NCBI GenBank assembly: GCA_963706955.1 | Contig: CAVPOC010000003.1 | Span: 288,001 to 352,000, forward strand | From: an uncultured Verrucomicrobiae bacterium | GTDB lineage: Bacteria > Verrucomicrobiota > Verrucomicrobiia > Chthoniobacterales > Terrimicrobiaceae | DNA length: 64,000 nucleotides | Direction of reading: 5' to 3' | Shown: positions 48,736 through 58,439 of the stretch, piece by piece | How positions within the stretch are numbered: position 1 is the first letter of the stretch | Layout of the letters: every line of letters begins with the position of its first letter | Notes under the pieces: generated by a model | What the model saw: the letters and a program-made list of their open reading frames with translations, nothing else | Told to the model about the DNA's origin: nothing | Database searches by the model: none | Program-made: the position numbers and the translations under genes

Positions 48736-49713
48736 ATGAGAAACAAGAACTTTAACGACTGGGCTGTCGCCCTGATCGTAATTGCCTGCAGCATCGTGCT
48801 GTTTTTGGCCCTGGCTTTTGCGTTAAGCGGCAAGGTGCTCGGCGCGCCTTCGCGGCCCCTGCACGTCAACTTTCACGATGTCACCGGAGTAACCCTCGGT
48901 TCTCAGGTCAAGTTTGCCGGGGCGAGCGCAGGAAAGGTTTCCAGCATCCGGATGCTTACGCCCGAGGAGCGCACCAGGACGGGGGACCCCCTCAACGCGG
49001 TCCAACTGCTCCTGGCACTCAACCCTGGGGTACCGCCGCTTCCTTCAGATATTAGCGTAAGCATCGCGGCCGATACCCTGCTCAGCGATAAGTTCGTCCT
49101 CCTTTCCGGGGGGTCTGCCCAGGCGAACCCGCTCGCGCCAGATGCGGTGCTTCAAGGTGTCTCGCCAACCACCTTTGACAAGCTCACTCGCGAAATGGAT
49201 AGTGCGATCGAGAGTCTGCGCGGCGTGCTCAGCGGCACCAAAGGGGAAGCCGGCGACATCTTCGATCAGCTCCGGCGCTTGCTCTCGGAGGCTCAAGGGC
49301 TCCTCGCGGCTGCTCATCCGGTGGTGCAGGACGCGCAATCACTTCTCACTGAGGCAGCGCCTGTCGTTCAGGATGCGAAGGCCCTTACCACGGACGCTCG
49401 ACAATTGATCACTGACAACAAGGAGCCGATCTCCCAGGCGATCCGGCAACTCGACAAATCCGCCGCCGCTCTTGAGAAGCTTGCGATCAACGGTAACAAC
49501 CTGGTGGCCGACAATGAAAAGAAGCTGAACGCGGCCATTTCCGATTTCAAGGTCACCTCTGAAAATTTGAAGGTGACCTCCACCTACGCGAAAATCCTCA
49601 TCCGAAGCCTCTCACAACGTCCCTCCCAGCTCATCTGGGGCACCTCAAAGCCACCGCCATTGCCCAGCGAACAGCAAATTCTTAGGAGCTCAAAGCCTCT
49701 GCCCACGAATTGA
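48736..49713 (+). CDS. MlaD/MCE-family protein with helical extension
   Basis: N-terminal TM, FHDVTGV..GSQVKFAG...GKV MCE signature, coiled-coil and terminal PSQLIWG. Confidence 0.85.
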   Translation: MRNKNFNDWAVALIVIACSIVLFLALAFALSGKVLGAPSRPLHVNFHDVTGVTLGSQVKFAGASAGKVSSIRMLTPEERTRTGDPLNAVQLLLALNPGVPPLPSDISVSIAADTLLSDKFVLLSGGSAQANPLAPDAVLQGVSPTTFDKLTREMDSAIESLRGVLSGTKGEAGDIFDQLRRLLSEAQGLLAAAHPVVQDAQSLLTEAAPVVQDAKALTTDARQLITDNKEPISQAIRQLDKSAAALEKLAINGNNLVADNEKKLNAAISDFKVTSENLKVTSTYAKILIRSLSQRPSQLIWGTSKPPPLPSEQQILRSSKPLPTN

Positions 49714-49793
49714 TTGTCGCGACCGCGCTTTCGACAATTCGGATTGAACTCATCACCGCCGCGGATAATCTGCACGACGTGGTGAGGTTGGCG

Positions 49794-50714
49794 ATGAAAC
49801 TCGTAAGCACGATATCTGCCGTGCTGGTCTTAGCCTCTGCGACCTTCACCTTCGCCGCGCAAAGTTACATCGTCGTTGATAATCAAACCGGCATGATCCT
49901 GACCTACCAGCGGCCAAACGATAAGTTGCAGGTGGCTAGCTTGACGAAGATCGCGACTGCCATGGTCACGCTCGATTGGGCGCAGCTCAGCAAAGCCGAT
50001 CTCAGTCAAATGGCCGTCATCTCTCCACGAGCAGTCCGCGCTGGTGGGATTAACCCAGTCGGATTGCAGGAGGGCGACTCCCTCAGCCTGCGCGATCTTC
50101 TTTACACCGCGCTCATGGCTTCCGACAACGTGGCGGCGACTGCTCTCGCCGAATTCGTTGGCGCCCAGTTACCCAATAAACAAGGGCTCGCGCCAATCAG
50201 CAACTTTGTCTCCCACATGAATGCCTTGGCCCACACCCTCGGCATGAAACGCACGCTTTTTCTTAATCCGTCAGGATCCGACAACGTCGAAGGAACCCTC
50301 CCGTACTCGACGGCTTCGGATATGGCCCGGCTCACGCGCTACGCCTATAGCGAGGCGGATTTTCCTTTTTTTGTCTCCCAGAAGTCCCGAACCATTCACG
50401 TCTTTCGCGGCGGCGTCGACATGCCCGTTGAACTCCGCAATACCAATGAACTACTCGATCGCGAGGGAATTGACGGAGTGAAAACCGGACGCACTGGGCG
50501 AGCCGGAGATTGTTTGATTCTCTCCTCTGAGCGCCGACCCGAGGTTCAGCGACAGGGTGAGGCCGTCTACATAACCCCCCGGCGCATCATTATTGTCCTC
50601 CTCGGTTCACAGGATCGCTTCGGCGAAGGGCTCGCGCTGGCACGCCAGGGCTGGGGCCTGTATGAGCAGTGGACGGCGGCCGGTCGGCAGATCAAGAAAA
50701 ACGAGGCGCTCTAA
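49794..50714 (+). CDS. D-alanyl-D-alanine carboxypeptidase (peptidase S11)
   Basis: Signal peptide; SxxK (ASLTK), SxN (SDN) and KTG. Alternative GTG start at 49779. Confidence 0.9.
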   Translation: MKLVSTISAVLVLASATFTFAAQSYIVVDNQTGMILTYQRPNDKLQVASLTKIATAMVTLDWAQLSKADLSQMAVISPRAVRAGGINPVGLQEGDSLSLRDLLYTALMASDNVAATALAEFVGAQLPNKQGLAPISNFVSHMNALAHTLGMKRTLFLNPSGSDNVEGTLPYSTASDMARLTRYAYSEADFPFFVSQKSRTIHVFRGGVDMPVELRNTNELLDREGIDGVKTGRTGRAGDCLILSSERRPEVQRQGEAVYITPRRIIIVLLGSQDRFGEGLALARQGWGLYEQWTAAGRQIKKNEAL

Positions 50715-50717
50715 GCC

Positions 50718-51797
50718 ATGCAACAAATTAAGATAGGCATTCTAACAAGCGGGGGAGACTGTCCCGGCCTCAATGCGGTGATCCGGGGAGTGTGCCGCGC
50801 AGCTTACAAGCTCAAATGGGAGGTGCTCGGGTTCAAAGATGGCTTCGAGGGTCTTTTGCCTCCGGGCGATTATGTGCTGCTCGATCGCCCGCGAACGTCG
50901 GGCATCATGCATCTCGGCGGAACCATTCTTGGGACCACGAACCGTGGACACTTCGTTGCGAAGGTGGCGGCCGGTGAGCGAGCCATGATCCCGAAGAAGG
51001 TGATCGAAGATGCCAAGGCAACTTTCGATAAACTCCAGCTGTCGGCACTCATCGCGATCGGGGGCGACGGCTCACTTTCGACCGCGCTCCAGCTCCACGA
51101 GGAAGGTATTCCAATCATCGGCGTTCCGAAGACGATCGATAACGATCTCGAAGCGACCGCGATGACCTTTGGTTTTGATTCGGCGGTTGCCTGCGTGGCC
51201 GACGCGCTGGATCGATTGCATACCACGGCGACATCGCACAAGCGCGTCATGGTCCTTGAAGTTATGGGGCGACACGCCGGATGGATCGCTCTTTATGGCG
51301 GATTTGCCGGGGGAGCGGACGTGATCCTCATCCCGGAGATCCCCTTTGACTATGACAAGATCGCCGAGGAGGTCATGAGTCGTGACAAGGTTGGGGCAAA
51401 GAGCACGATGATCGTGGTGGCCGAGGGAGCTTCCCCGCGCGCCGGCAGACAACATCGTCATGCCACCGCGAGCGGCGAACACCGCCTCGGCGGTATCGCC
51501 GAGATCGTCGGATCCGAAATCGCCGAGCGAACCGGCAAGGAGGTTCGAACATGCGTTCTCGGTCATTTACAACGTGGGGGTGCGCCCACCGCGCTGGATA
51601 GAATCCTTGGAACACGCTTCGGAATAAAAGCTGTCCAGCTCATCACGGAAAAAAAATTTGGCACAATGGTAAGCTATCAAAACTATCTGACCCTGGACGT
51701 GCCGATTTCGCATGCTGTCAATCGGCTGCGTCGCGTGGATCCTGAAGGTCAGATGGTAGAAACCGCGCGCGCAGCAGAGATTTCCTTCGGCAACTGA
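50718..51797 (+). CDS. pfkA: 6-phosphofructokinase
   Basis: TSGGDCPG, GGDGS, PKTIDND, EVMGR and LGHLQRGG. Confidence 0.93.
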   Translation: MQQIKIGILTSGGDCPGLNAVIRGVCRAAYKLKWEVLGFKDGFEGLLPPGDYVLLDRPRTSGIMHLGGTILGTTNRGHFVAKVAAGERAMIPKKVIEDAKATFDKLQLSALIAIGGDGSLSTALQLHEEGIPIIGVPKTIDNDLEATAMTFGFDSAVACVADALDRLHTTATSHKRVMVLEVMGRHAGWIALYGGFAGGADVILIPEIPFDYDKIAEEVMSRDKVGAKSTMIVVAEGASPRAGRQHRHATASGEHRLGGIAEIVGSEIAERTGKEVRTCVLGHLQRGGAPTALDRILGTRFGIKAVQLITEKKFGTMVSYQNYLTLDVPISHAVNRLRRVDPEGQMVETARAAEISFGN

Positions 51798-52321
51798 TGG
51801 GTCCGACCGAAGCGTTGCGCGCGGCGGTCCGCGATGTGGCGGATTTTCCGAGGCCAGGAATTCTATTCAAGGATATTACCCCCATCCTCGGCAGCGGCAC
51901 TCTTCTGCACATGGCGATGGACTGCTTGGTGGCCGATTGCGTCGATCAAGACATCCGGAAAATTGTGGGCATCGACGCACGCGGATTTCTCTTCGGGGCG
52001 ACGGTTGCCGATCGGCTCGGAATCGGGTTCGTCCCGATCCGGAAGCGAGGGAAGCTGCCATGGAAGACGGAAACTCTGGCCTACAAGCTCGAGTATGGAG
52101 AAGCCGAAATGGAAGTTCATGTCGATGCCTTTGAGCCGGGGGAACGTGTTTCCTTGATCGATGACTTGCTGGCCACCGGCGGCACGGCAGCAGCGGCCTC
52201 CAAACTCATCGCAAAGGCGGGAGGGAACGTCGTTCAGGCGCAGTTCTTGATTGAGCTTGGTTTTCTCGCTGGGCGGGCGGCGATCGCGCCGGTGCCTACG
52301 AAGTCCATTCTTCTCTATTGA
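51797..52321 (+). CDS. apt: Adenine phosphoribosyltransferase
   Basis: DFPRPGILFKDITP, RKRGKLP, LEYG and DDLLATGGT. Confidence 0.95.
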   Translation: MGPTEALRAAVRDVADFPRPGILFKDITPILGSGTLLHMAMDCLVADCVDQDIRKIVGIDARGFLFGATVADRLGIGFVPIRKRGKLPWKTETLAYKLEYGEAEMEVHVDAFEPGERVSLIDDLLATGGTAAAASKLIAKAGGNVVQAQFLIELGFLAGRAAIAPVPTKSILLY

Positions 52322-52339
52322 GAGAGAAGCCAGCTCGCT

Positions 52340-52924
52340 TTAGAGGATGTTGGCCAACTTTTCTCGGGCCTTGCCGATAATCGGTAGTCCATGCGCGAAG
52401 CAGGCGATATCGAACGGCAACGCTCGGAGCGCACGCAAGGAATTGAGCAGCAACGGCAGGTCCGCACAATATTTCTCGGGTAAGACCTGCGGGCCGTCGA
52501 GGTTTGTCACCGCATCCCCGATCACCAGCACGCCTGCCGCGTGATAGGCCGTCTCCCCGGGACTTCCACCCGGCAATGCGATCGCCCGGAGCGTCTCCCA
52601 GAGGAGTTCGCCATCGCTGACCACGCGGTCCAGAGGGACCATGCCTTGCGCGCCGTTGGGCGCATAAATCGGCACGTCAAGCCGCTCCTTTTCGTAGAGC
52701 GAGCCTCGAAGATGGTTGCCGTTGGTCAAGAGCACGGCGGCGACTTTGTCGTCGCTGACTATTCTCTCGATGGCCTGTTCTTCGAGACGTACCGGATCAA
52801 TCAAGACAAACCCGTCCGGCGTCCGAAGGGCGGTGCTGGTGCAATCCGTCTTACACTCGGGGTTGTATCCGTGCCAAACAAAGAGATCCCTGTTAATCTG
52901 ATGGAAGTCAGAAACGGGCTTCAT
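52340..52924 (-). CDS. Metallo-beta-lactamase-fold protein with degenerate metal motif
   Basis: VLIDP, LLTNGNHLR (in place of HxHxDH), PGGSPGE, IGDAV and FAHG. ATG 52924. Confidence 0.65.
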   Translation of the reverse strand: MKPVSDFHQINRDLFVWHGYNPECKTDCTSTALRTPDGFVLIDPVRLEEQAIERIVSDDKVAAVLLTNGNHLRGSLYEKERLDVPIYAPNGAQGMVPLDRVVSDGELLWETLRAIALPGGSPGETAYHAAGVLVIGDAVTNLDGPQVLPEKYCADLPLLLNSLRALRALPFDIACFAHGLPIIGKAREKLANIL

Positions 52925-53074
52925 CGTCGAACGGGCTCGCGGACCGAAATTCTTGCCGATGATCATTTCACAATAGTTCCTCGCAGGCGACTCAATTCGG
53001 CGCGCCCGCCGGCCGTCCAAAGAGAATTTGTCTTGGGATGACATTGGCCCTTAAATGGCTCTCCGGGATCTTCC

Positions 53075-54817
53075 ATGCATGAGCTCATCCACGATATTGC
53101 CCTTTGCATTATCGCCGCGTGGGCTCTCGGAGTGCTCGCTCAATTCCTCCATCAACCTGTCATCCTGGCTTACCTGGTGGGAGGATTCGCCATCGGGCCC
53201 GCCGGATTTGGTCTGGTCCACGGCCAGGAGTCCGTCTCGATCATCTCGGAACTTGGGCTGATCTTTCTGCTTTTCATGATCGGTCTGGAGATCGATCTCA
53301 AAAAGATCATCAGCGCGGGAACGTCAATCCTGGTGACCGCGGCGTCGCAAATCCTCGTCGGTACACTCGCCGGAGTCGGCTTTTTCTATCTGATCGGTTT
53401 TCCCATCACGATCGGACAATGGGATGCGCTCTACTTGGGAATCGCCGCCGCGCTCAGCAGCACGGTCATCATCGTGAAGATGCTCTACGACAAGCGGGAG
53501 CTGGACACGCTCCCGGGCCGTATCACCCTGGGCATTTTGGTTTTGCAGGATCTGTTCGTGATCGTTTTCCTCGCGGTCCAACCGAGCTTGGACGAGTTGG
53601 AACCAGGAGCTTTCATCTTGTCGCTGGTTCGGGTGATCGTTCTAGTGGCGAGTTCACTAGCGATCAGCCGCTTCGTCTTGCCTCCGCTTTTCCGGAGCGT
53701 GGCGCGGCTTCCAGAGCTGGTTCTTGTCGGCGCGTTGGCCTGGTGTTTTTTGGTTGGCGAGCTGGCTGCGCGAATGCAACTTTCCCGAGAGATGGGGGCG
53801 CTCATCGCCGGCGTGTCGATCTCGACATTCCCCTACGCGCTCGATGTCACCGCGAAAGTCACCAGCCTGAGAGATTTCTTTGTGACTCTGTTTTTCGTCG
53901 GACTTGGGATGACGGTTCCGCTGCCGAGCGGCACGTTGCTGACGGGGGCACTATGTTTCGCCATTTTCACGGTGATCAGTAGATTTATCACCACATTTAC
54001 GCCCCTCTACTTGCTCAACCAAGGGCTGCGCGCCAGCTTGCTGCCGGCGATCAATCTGAGCCAGATTAGTGAATTCTCTCTGGTGGTGATGGCGCTCGGC
54101 TTGGAAGAACATCACATTGCTCCGGAAACCAAGGGGCTGGTTTCCTTCGCGTTTGTGCTGCTGGCAACCGTGAGCACGTTTGGGATCACCAAGTCTGACG
54201 GATTGACCAGAGTCCTCATTTCCACGCTGAAGCGCACCGGACTTCGCGACCTGGACACCTTCGGGCCCACTAGAAAGGCTGAGGAATTGGGCGCACCAAC
54301 CGGACACAAAGGCGGAGGGCCGCAAATTCTCCTGATCGGCTTCTTCCGCACGGCAAGCTCTCTCTTGGAAGAACTGCGCCAAAAGCGGGAAGACCTTCTT
54401 GGACAGGTTGCCGTCGTTGACTTCAATCCGCTTGTTCACGCGACTCTCCGGCGGCGAGGAATCAAAGTGATCTACGGAGATATCAGCCATCCGGAGACTC
54501 TGGTTCATGCGGGCGTGACCTCCGCCCAAATTCTCATCTGCACCGTTCCTGACGCGCTGCTCAAAGGCACAACCAACGCGAGGTTGGTCCGGCACCTTCG
54601 CGAGCTCAACTCCGAGGCGAAAATCATTGCCGTCGCCGATGTCCTGTCTGACGTGAGTCCCCTCTATCGGGCCGGAGCCGATTACGTGAGTGTGAGTCGC
54701 CTGGAGGAGGCAAAAAGCCTCTGCGAGGTGGTCGAAGCGATCGAGAGCAAGCTCCTCGATGAAATTCGCTCAAAGTTGGATGCCCGCCTCGATGGACGCG
54801 AAGAAGTCCTCCCCTAG
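53075..54817 (+). CDS. CPA2 cation:proton antiporter with C-terminal TrkA-N/KTN domain (Kef-like)
   Basis: ~12 TM helices, FLLFMIGLE, LSSTVII, LQD, then the YGDI..P KTN domain. Confidence 0.9.
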   Translation: MHELIHDIALCIIAAWALGVLAQFLHQPVILAYLVGGFAIGPAGFGLVHGQESVSIISELGLIFLLFMIGLEIDLKKIISAGTSILVTAASQILVGTLAGVGFFYLIGFPITIGQWDALYLGIAAALSSTVIIVKMLYDKRELDTLPGRITLGILVLQDLFVIVFLAVQPSLDELEPGAFILSLVRVIVLVASSLAISRFVLPPLFRSVARLPELVLVGALAWCFLVGELAARMQLSREMGALIAGVSISTFPYALDVTAKVTSLRDFFVTLFFVGLGMTVPLPSGTLLTGALCFAIFTVISRFITTFTPLYLLNQGLRASLLPAINLSQISEFSLVVMALGLEEHHIAPETKGLVSFAFVLLATVSTFGITKSDGLTRVLISTLKRTGLRDLDTFGPTRKAEELGAPTGHKGGGPQILLIGFFRTASSLLEELRQKREDLLGQVAVVDFNPLVHATLRRRGIKVIYGDISHPETLVHAGVTSAQILICTVPDALLKGTTNARLVRHLRELNSEAKIIAVADVLSDVSPLYRAGADYVSVSRLEEAKSLCEVVEAIESKLLDEIRSKLDARLDGREEVLP

Positions 54818-54908
54818 CGGTGCAAGCCCGTGTGACGGCACAAAGGCTTGATGAACGGGAGGAAAAGGAACCTTTCACTTGAACCGGGGATGCTCTAAAT
54901 AAGGGCAT

Positions 54909-55781
54909 ATGTGCCCGGAAGCACATTTACTGAAGGAGATCCCCCTCTTCGAACTGCTCGATGATCGCGAGCGGGAAGATTTAGCCAACCGGCTCGAGGT
55001 TGAGCGTTTTGAGGCTGACACTTCGATTTTTCAAATCGGAGATCCCGGCGACGCTGTCTACATCATCAGCTCGGGCGAAGTGGAGGTCTTCTTTCGAAAC
55101 GATACGGGTGAGCAGATCACTCTCGAACGCGCGTGTAAGGGTGATTTCTTTGGCGAAATCTCCTTTCTCGATGGGGGCTGCCGCAGCGCATCCGTGCGCG
55201 CAACTACCGAGACGGAAGTTCTCCGGCTCGATCGCGACGATTTGGCGAAGTTCTTAGAATCTCGTCCTTATGCAGCCATGCATCTCCTCGCAGCGATGGG
55301 GCGGAGGTTGCGCACCACCGTGGAAAGACTGCGCCACACCGCGTCTCGAAACGTCAATGCCCAAATCGCGGAGAGCCATAGCCTCTTGCACAAGATCATC
55401 GACGCCATCGCCGAGTTTGCGGGCAGCATTCCGTTTTTGATGATTCACGTGGTCCTCTTCGCAGCGTGGCTGACGCTGAACTCCGTGCAAATTCCGGGCA
55501 TTCCTCAGTTCGATCCCTATCCCTTTGGCTTTCTTACGCTATCGGTCTCTTTAGAAGCCATTTTCCTGTCGGTTTTCGTGCTCCTCAGCCAAAATCGCCA
55601 AGCTGCGAAGGACCGCGTGCGCTCCGACATCGAATACGATGTCAACCTTAAGGCCGAATTGGAGATCGCCCACCTGCACGACAAGCTGGATCGTTTCACC
55701 GGCGAGACGTTGGGCCGGTTGGAAAAAATCCAGAAGGAGCTCGCCGGGCGTTCCCGAGAGGAACGCTCAGGCGCAAGGTAA
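54909..55781 (+). CDS. cNMP-binding domain plus DUF1003 membrane protein
   Basis: GDFFGEIS...RSASVRA cNMP pocket; FDPYPF..L...VSLEAIFLS...SQNRQ DUF1003. Confidence 0.88.
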   Translation: MCPEAHLLKEIPLFELLDDREREDLANRLEVERFEADTSIFQIGDPGDAVYIISSGEVEVFFRNDTGEQITLERACKGDFFGEISFLDGGCRSASVRATTETEVLRLDRDDLAKFLESRPYAAMHLLAAMGRRLRTTVERLRHTASRNVNAQIAESHSLLHKIIDAIAEFAGSIPFLMIHVVLFAAWLTLNSVQIPGIPQFDPYPFGFLTLSVSLEAIFLSVFVLLSQNRQAAKDRVRSDIEYDVNLKAELEIAHLHDKLDRFTGETLGRLEKIQKELAGRSREERSGAR

Positions 55782-55786
55782 GCACA

Positions 55787-57535
55787 TCAAGGCTGCTCCT
55801 TCTTTCGCTTAGCATTCAAGACGGCCTCGATCTGCCCAAGGGGAAGGGTATTGATGACATCCTCGCGAGATAGCCATCCCTTACGTGCGGCACCGACGCC
55901 AAAGATCAAGTTCTGCAAACTCGAAACGGAATGGGCGTCTGGGTTGATGACACACTTGACACCCTTTTGCTTGGCCAGCGGCCACCAGCGCCAATCCATA
56001 TCGAGGCGGCGCGGGTTGGCGTTGAGTTCGATCATGGTGCCGGTTTGGGAGGCCGCTTCGATGACGGCAGCAATGCTCACCGGGTAAGGCTCTCGCGTCA
56101 AGAGCATGCGGCCAGTGAGATGCCCAAGCATGGTCACATGAGGATTGCTCATCGCCTTGATGATGCGGTCTGTCATGGCGGCCTCGCCAAGCGTAAAGGA
56201 CGCATGAACGGAGGCGATTACATAGTCGAGCTGCGCGAGGATTTCGTCGGAAAAGTCGAGCGATCCGTCCCGTCGGATGTCACACTCGGTACCGGCGAAG
56301 AGGTGGATGCCATCGTGGCTTGCGTTGTAATCTCTTATTCGAGTGAGTTGGGCAGCCAGACGCTTCTCATCGAGACCATTTGCCTGAATCGAACTCTTGC
56401 TGTGATCGGCAATGCCCAAATACTGCATCCCCAGATCCTGAGCAGCGGCGGCCATCTCGTCGAACGTGGCCCGACCGTCACTGTCCACGGTGTGGCAATG
56501 AAAAGTTCCCCGGAGGTTCGGCCATTCAATCAAATCCGGAAGGCCTCCGCTTTCGGCGGCTTCTACCTCGCCTTGATCTTCACGAAGCTCGGGCTGGATG
56601 TAGGCGAGACCGAGTGCTCGGTAGATATCAGCCTCGAAGTGAACATCGGGAAGCGGTTGCTTGAGACCCCGGCCCTCCGCTCTGCTAAAGCGATACTCAT
56701 TGAGCGACCAGCCTCTCTCCAAAGCGCGCGTCCGCATGCGGACATTATGCTCTTTGCTGCCTGTGAAATAATTGAGGGCAAAAGGATATTCGGCAGTCGT
56801 TACCGCGCGCAAATCGCATTGGATTCCCGAAATGAGTGACACGCTTGTCTTTGTGTCCCCGCGGGCAATCACGGTTTCGACCTGAGGGTGATTTACGAAG
56901 TCTCCAAAGACCTCCGCGGGTTTGCGGGTTGAGATAATGAAGTCCAGGTCGCGAATAATCTCTCTCTTTCGTCGATAGCTGCCTGCGATGTCACACAAGA
57001 TCACGGATGGGTGCCCGCGCAAATCTTCGAGGAGACGGTTGGCAAGAGCCATCACGTCGCCAAGGCGGAATTGCCCGACGCTGCGCCTATGTTTTTCGAT
57101 AGCGGCCAGAATGTTCTTGGCTGACTTAGGACCAAAACCGGGAAGCAGCGCGATTCTGCCCTCCTGGCAAGCGCGCTCCAGCTTGGTAATCGAACTTATG
57201 CCCAAAGTTTCAAAGAGCGCCTTAATCTTCCTGGCACCCAGGCCCTGGAGTTCGAAGAGGACAAAGATCTCGGGCGGGAAGGCGTCACGAAGGTTGTCGT
57301 AGTAATCAAGCTTTCCTGTTTGCGCGAGAGTCGTGATCTTGTCGGCGATTGCCTTACCGATGCCTTCAACCTCTCGGAGGCGATCTTCGGCGATCAGTTT
57401 GCTTAGATCTTGGCCAATCCCCTCGAGCGCCCGGGCAGCATTGACATAAGCACGGATCTTGAATGGGTTCTCGCCCTTAAGCTCAAGCAAGCGGGCGATG
57501 TTTTGCAGCACTCGGCCGACCTCGTCTTTCGTCAT
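55787..57535 (-). CDS. polX: DNA polymerase/3'-5' exonuclease PolX (PolX plus PHP)
   Basis: ENPFKIRAY, AGSYRR, RDLDF (DxD), YFTGSKEHN; PHP motifs HCHT..SDG and DAH. Confidence 0.95.
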   Translation of the reverse strand: MTKDEVGRVLQNIARLLELKGENPFKIRAYVNAARALEGIGQDLSKLIAEDRLREVEGIGKAIADKITTLAQTGKLDYYDNLRDAFPPEIFVLFELQGLGARKIKALFETLGISSITKLERACQEGRIALLPGFGPKSAKNILAAIEKHRRSVGQFRLGDVMALANRLLEDLRGHPSVILCDIAGSYRRKREIIRDLDFIISTRKPAEVFGDFVNHPQVETVIARGDTKTSVSLISGIQCDLRAVTTAEYPFALNYFTGSKEHNVRMRTRALERGWSLNEYRFSRAEGRGLKQPLPDVHFEADIYRALGLAYIQPELREDQGEVEAAESGGLPDLIEWPNLRGTFHCHTVDSDGRATFDEMAAAAQDLGMQYLGIADHSKSSIQANGLDEKRLAAQLTRIRDYNASHDGIHLFAGTECDIRRDGSLDFSDEILAQLDYVIASVHASFTLGEAAMTDRIIKAMSNPHVTMLGHLTGRMLLTREPYPVSIAAVIEAASQTGTMIELNANPRRLDMDWRWWPLAKQKGVKCVINPDAHSVSSLQNLIFGVGAARKGWLSREDVINTLPLGQIEAVLNAKRKKEQP

Positions 57536-57557
57536 GTTCGCTTTGGCACGGAGGCGC

Positions 57558-58319
57558 TCAATTCGAATACGTTTCCAGACGATTGCGCCACCCGGTCAGC
57601 CACCTCGCTTCGCCCCGAGCGGGGGGTGAATTGGCCACCCGGCGCGTCAAGACCTTATCGGCCGCCTTAACAAAGGCAGGAATCGCTGGGCCGCTCGCCG
57701 GCATTGTTTCAAGCACCTGGAGCAGTCCCCATCCCTGCCCCCGATAGCGCTCGCTCGGGCTGACACCCTCGCCTTTGAAGTTGACGTAATCCATCAACGC
57801 GTAGAGTCCAAGTGGCTCGCGCGCCACCCGGTAAAAGTTGGTGCGGATGCGATCCCGCTCGGCCGCGGGCGCTGCAGAGAGCATTTTCGGAAGAGCTCGC
57901 TCCATGCGAAGGGCCGCAAAGCGAGCCTGCCAAGCGATCGTATCCTTGAGGAGATTACGAAGTTGCAGCATCCGCGAGCTTTGAAAATCGGCCGTGAATT
58001 GCGATTTGCTCTGCCACGGACAAGACCCATGGAGCCAGCCCGGCACGGGAACCCCTTGGCTTGCCATATAATCAGCCAACTTTGGAAAACTTTCCTCGAA
58101 GGGACCGCGCTTCCCCGTGGGATACCAGATGAAGTGAGCGATTCCGAGCGAGGCGAATTGCTCGCCTGCATTCCAAGCGGTCAGTCCGCTGACCGTCCCG
58201 CCAGATTCATTCTTCCAGATGCGTTTGCCAATTTCGAGAGCCTGCGCGTCGGAGAGTTTCACATCTTGCGACATGCCTGCCGATAGTGTCGCCAAGAGAA
58301 GGAACATCACGCTCCGCAT
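57558..58319 (-). CDS. Secreted conserved hypothetical protein, possibly lysozyme-like fold
   Basis: Signal peptide; IWKNESGG...WNAGEQFASLGIAHFIW...ALMDYVNFKG...GWRNRL. Confidence 0.75.
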   Translation of the reverse strand: MRSVMFLLLATLSAGMSQDVKLSDAQALEIGKRIWKNESGGTVSGLTAWNAGEQFASLGIAHFIWYPTGKRGPFEESFPKLADYMASQGVPVPGWLHGSCPWQSKSQFTADFQSSRMLQLRNLLKDTIAWQARFAALRMERALPKMLSAAPAAERDRIRTNFYRVAREPLGLYALMDYVNFKGEGVSPSERYRGQGWGLLQVLETMPASGPAIPAFVKAADKVLTRRVANSPPARGEARWLTGWRNRLETYSN

Positions 58320-58439
58320 GGCACCTTTTACCCGCAGGTCTAGCCACTCGCAAGAGCGACTCTCCTGTAGTTGTCGTTACGATTAGAAGCTGGTCGAAAA
58401 CACAAAACGGGATACGTTCACGTCGAACCATCGCGCTCC

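Noticed and set aside
50718..51797. Assigning PPi-dependence to the phosphofructokinase
   Set aside because: GGDG suggests ATP use while PKTIDND is ambiguous; it cannot be decided from sequence.
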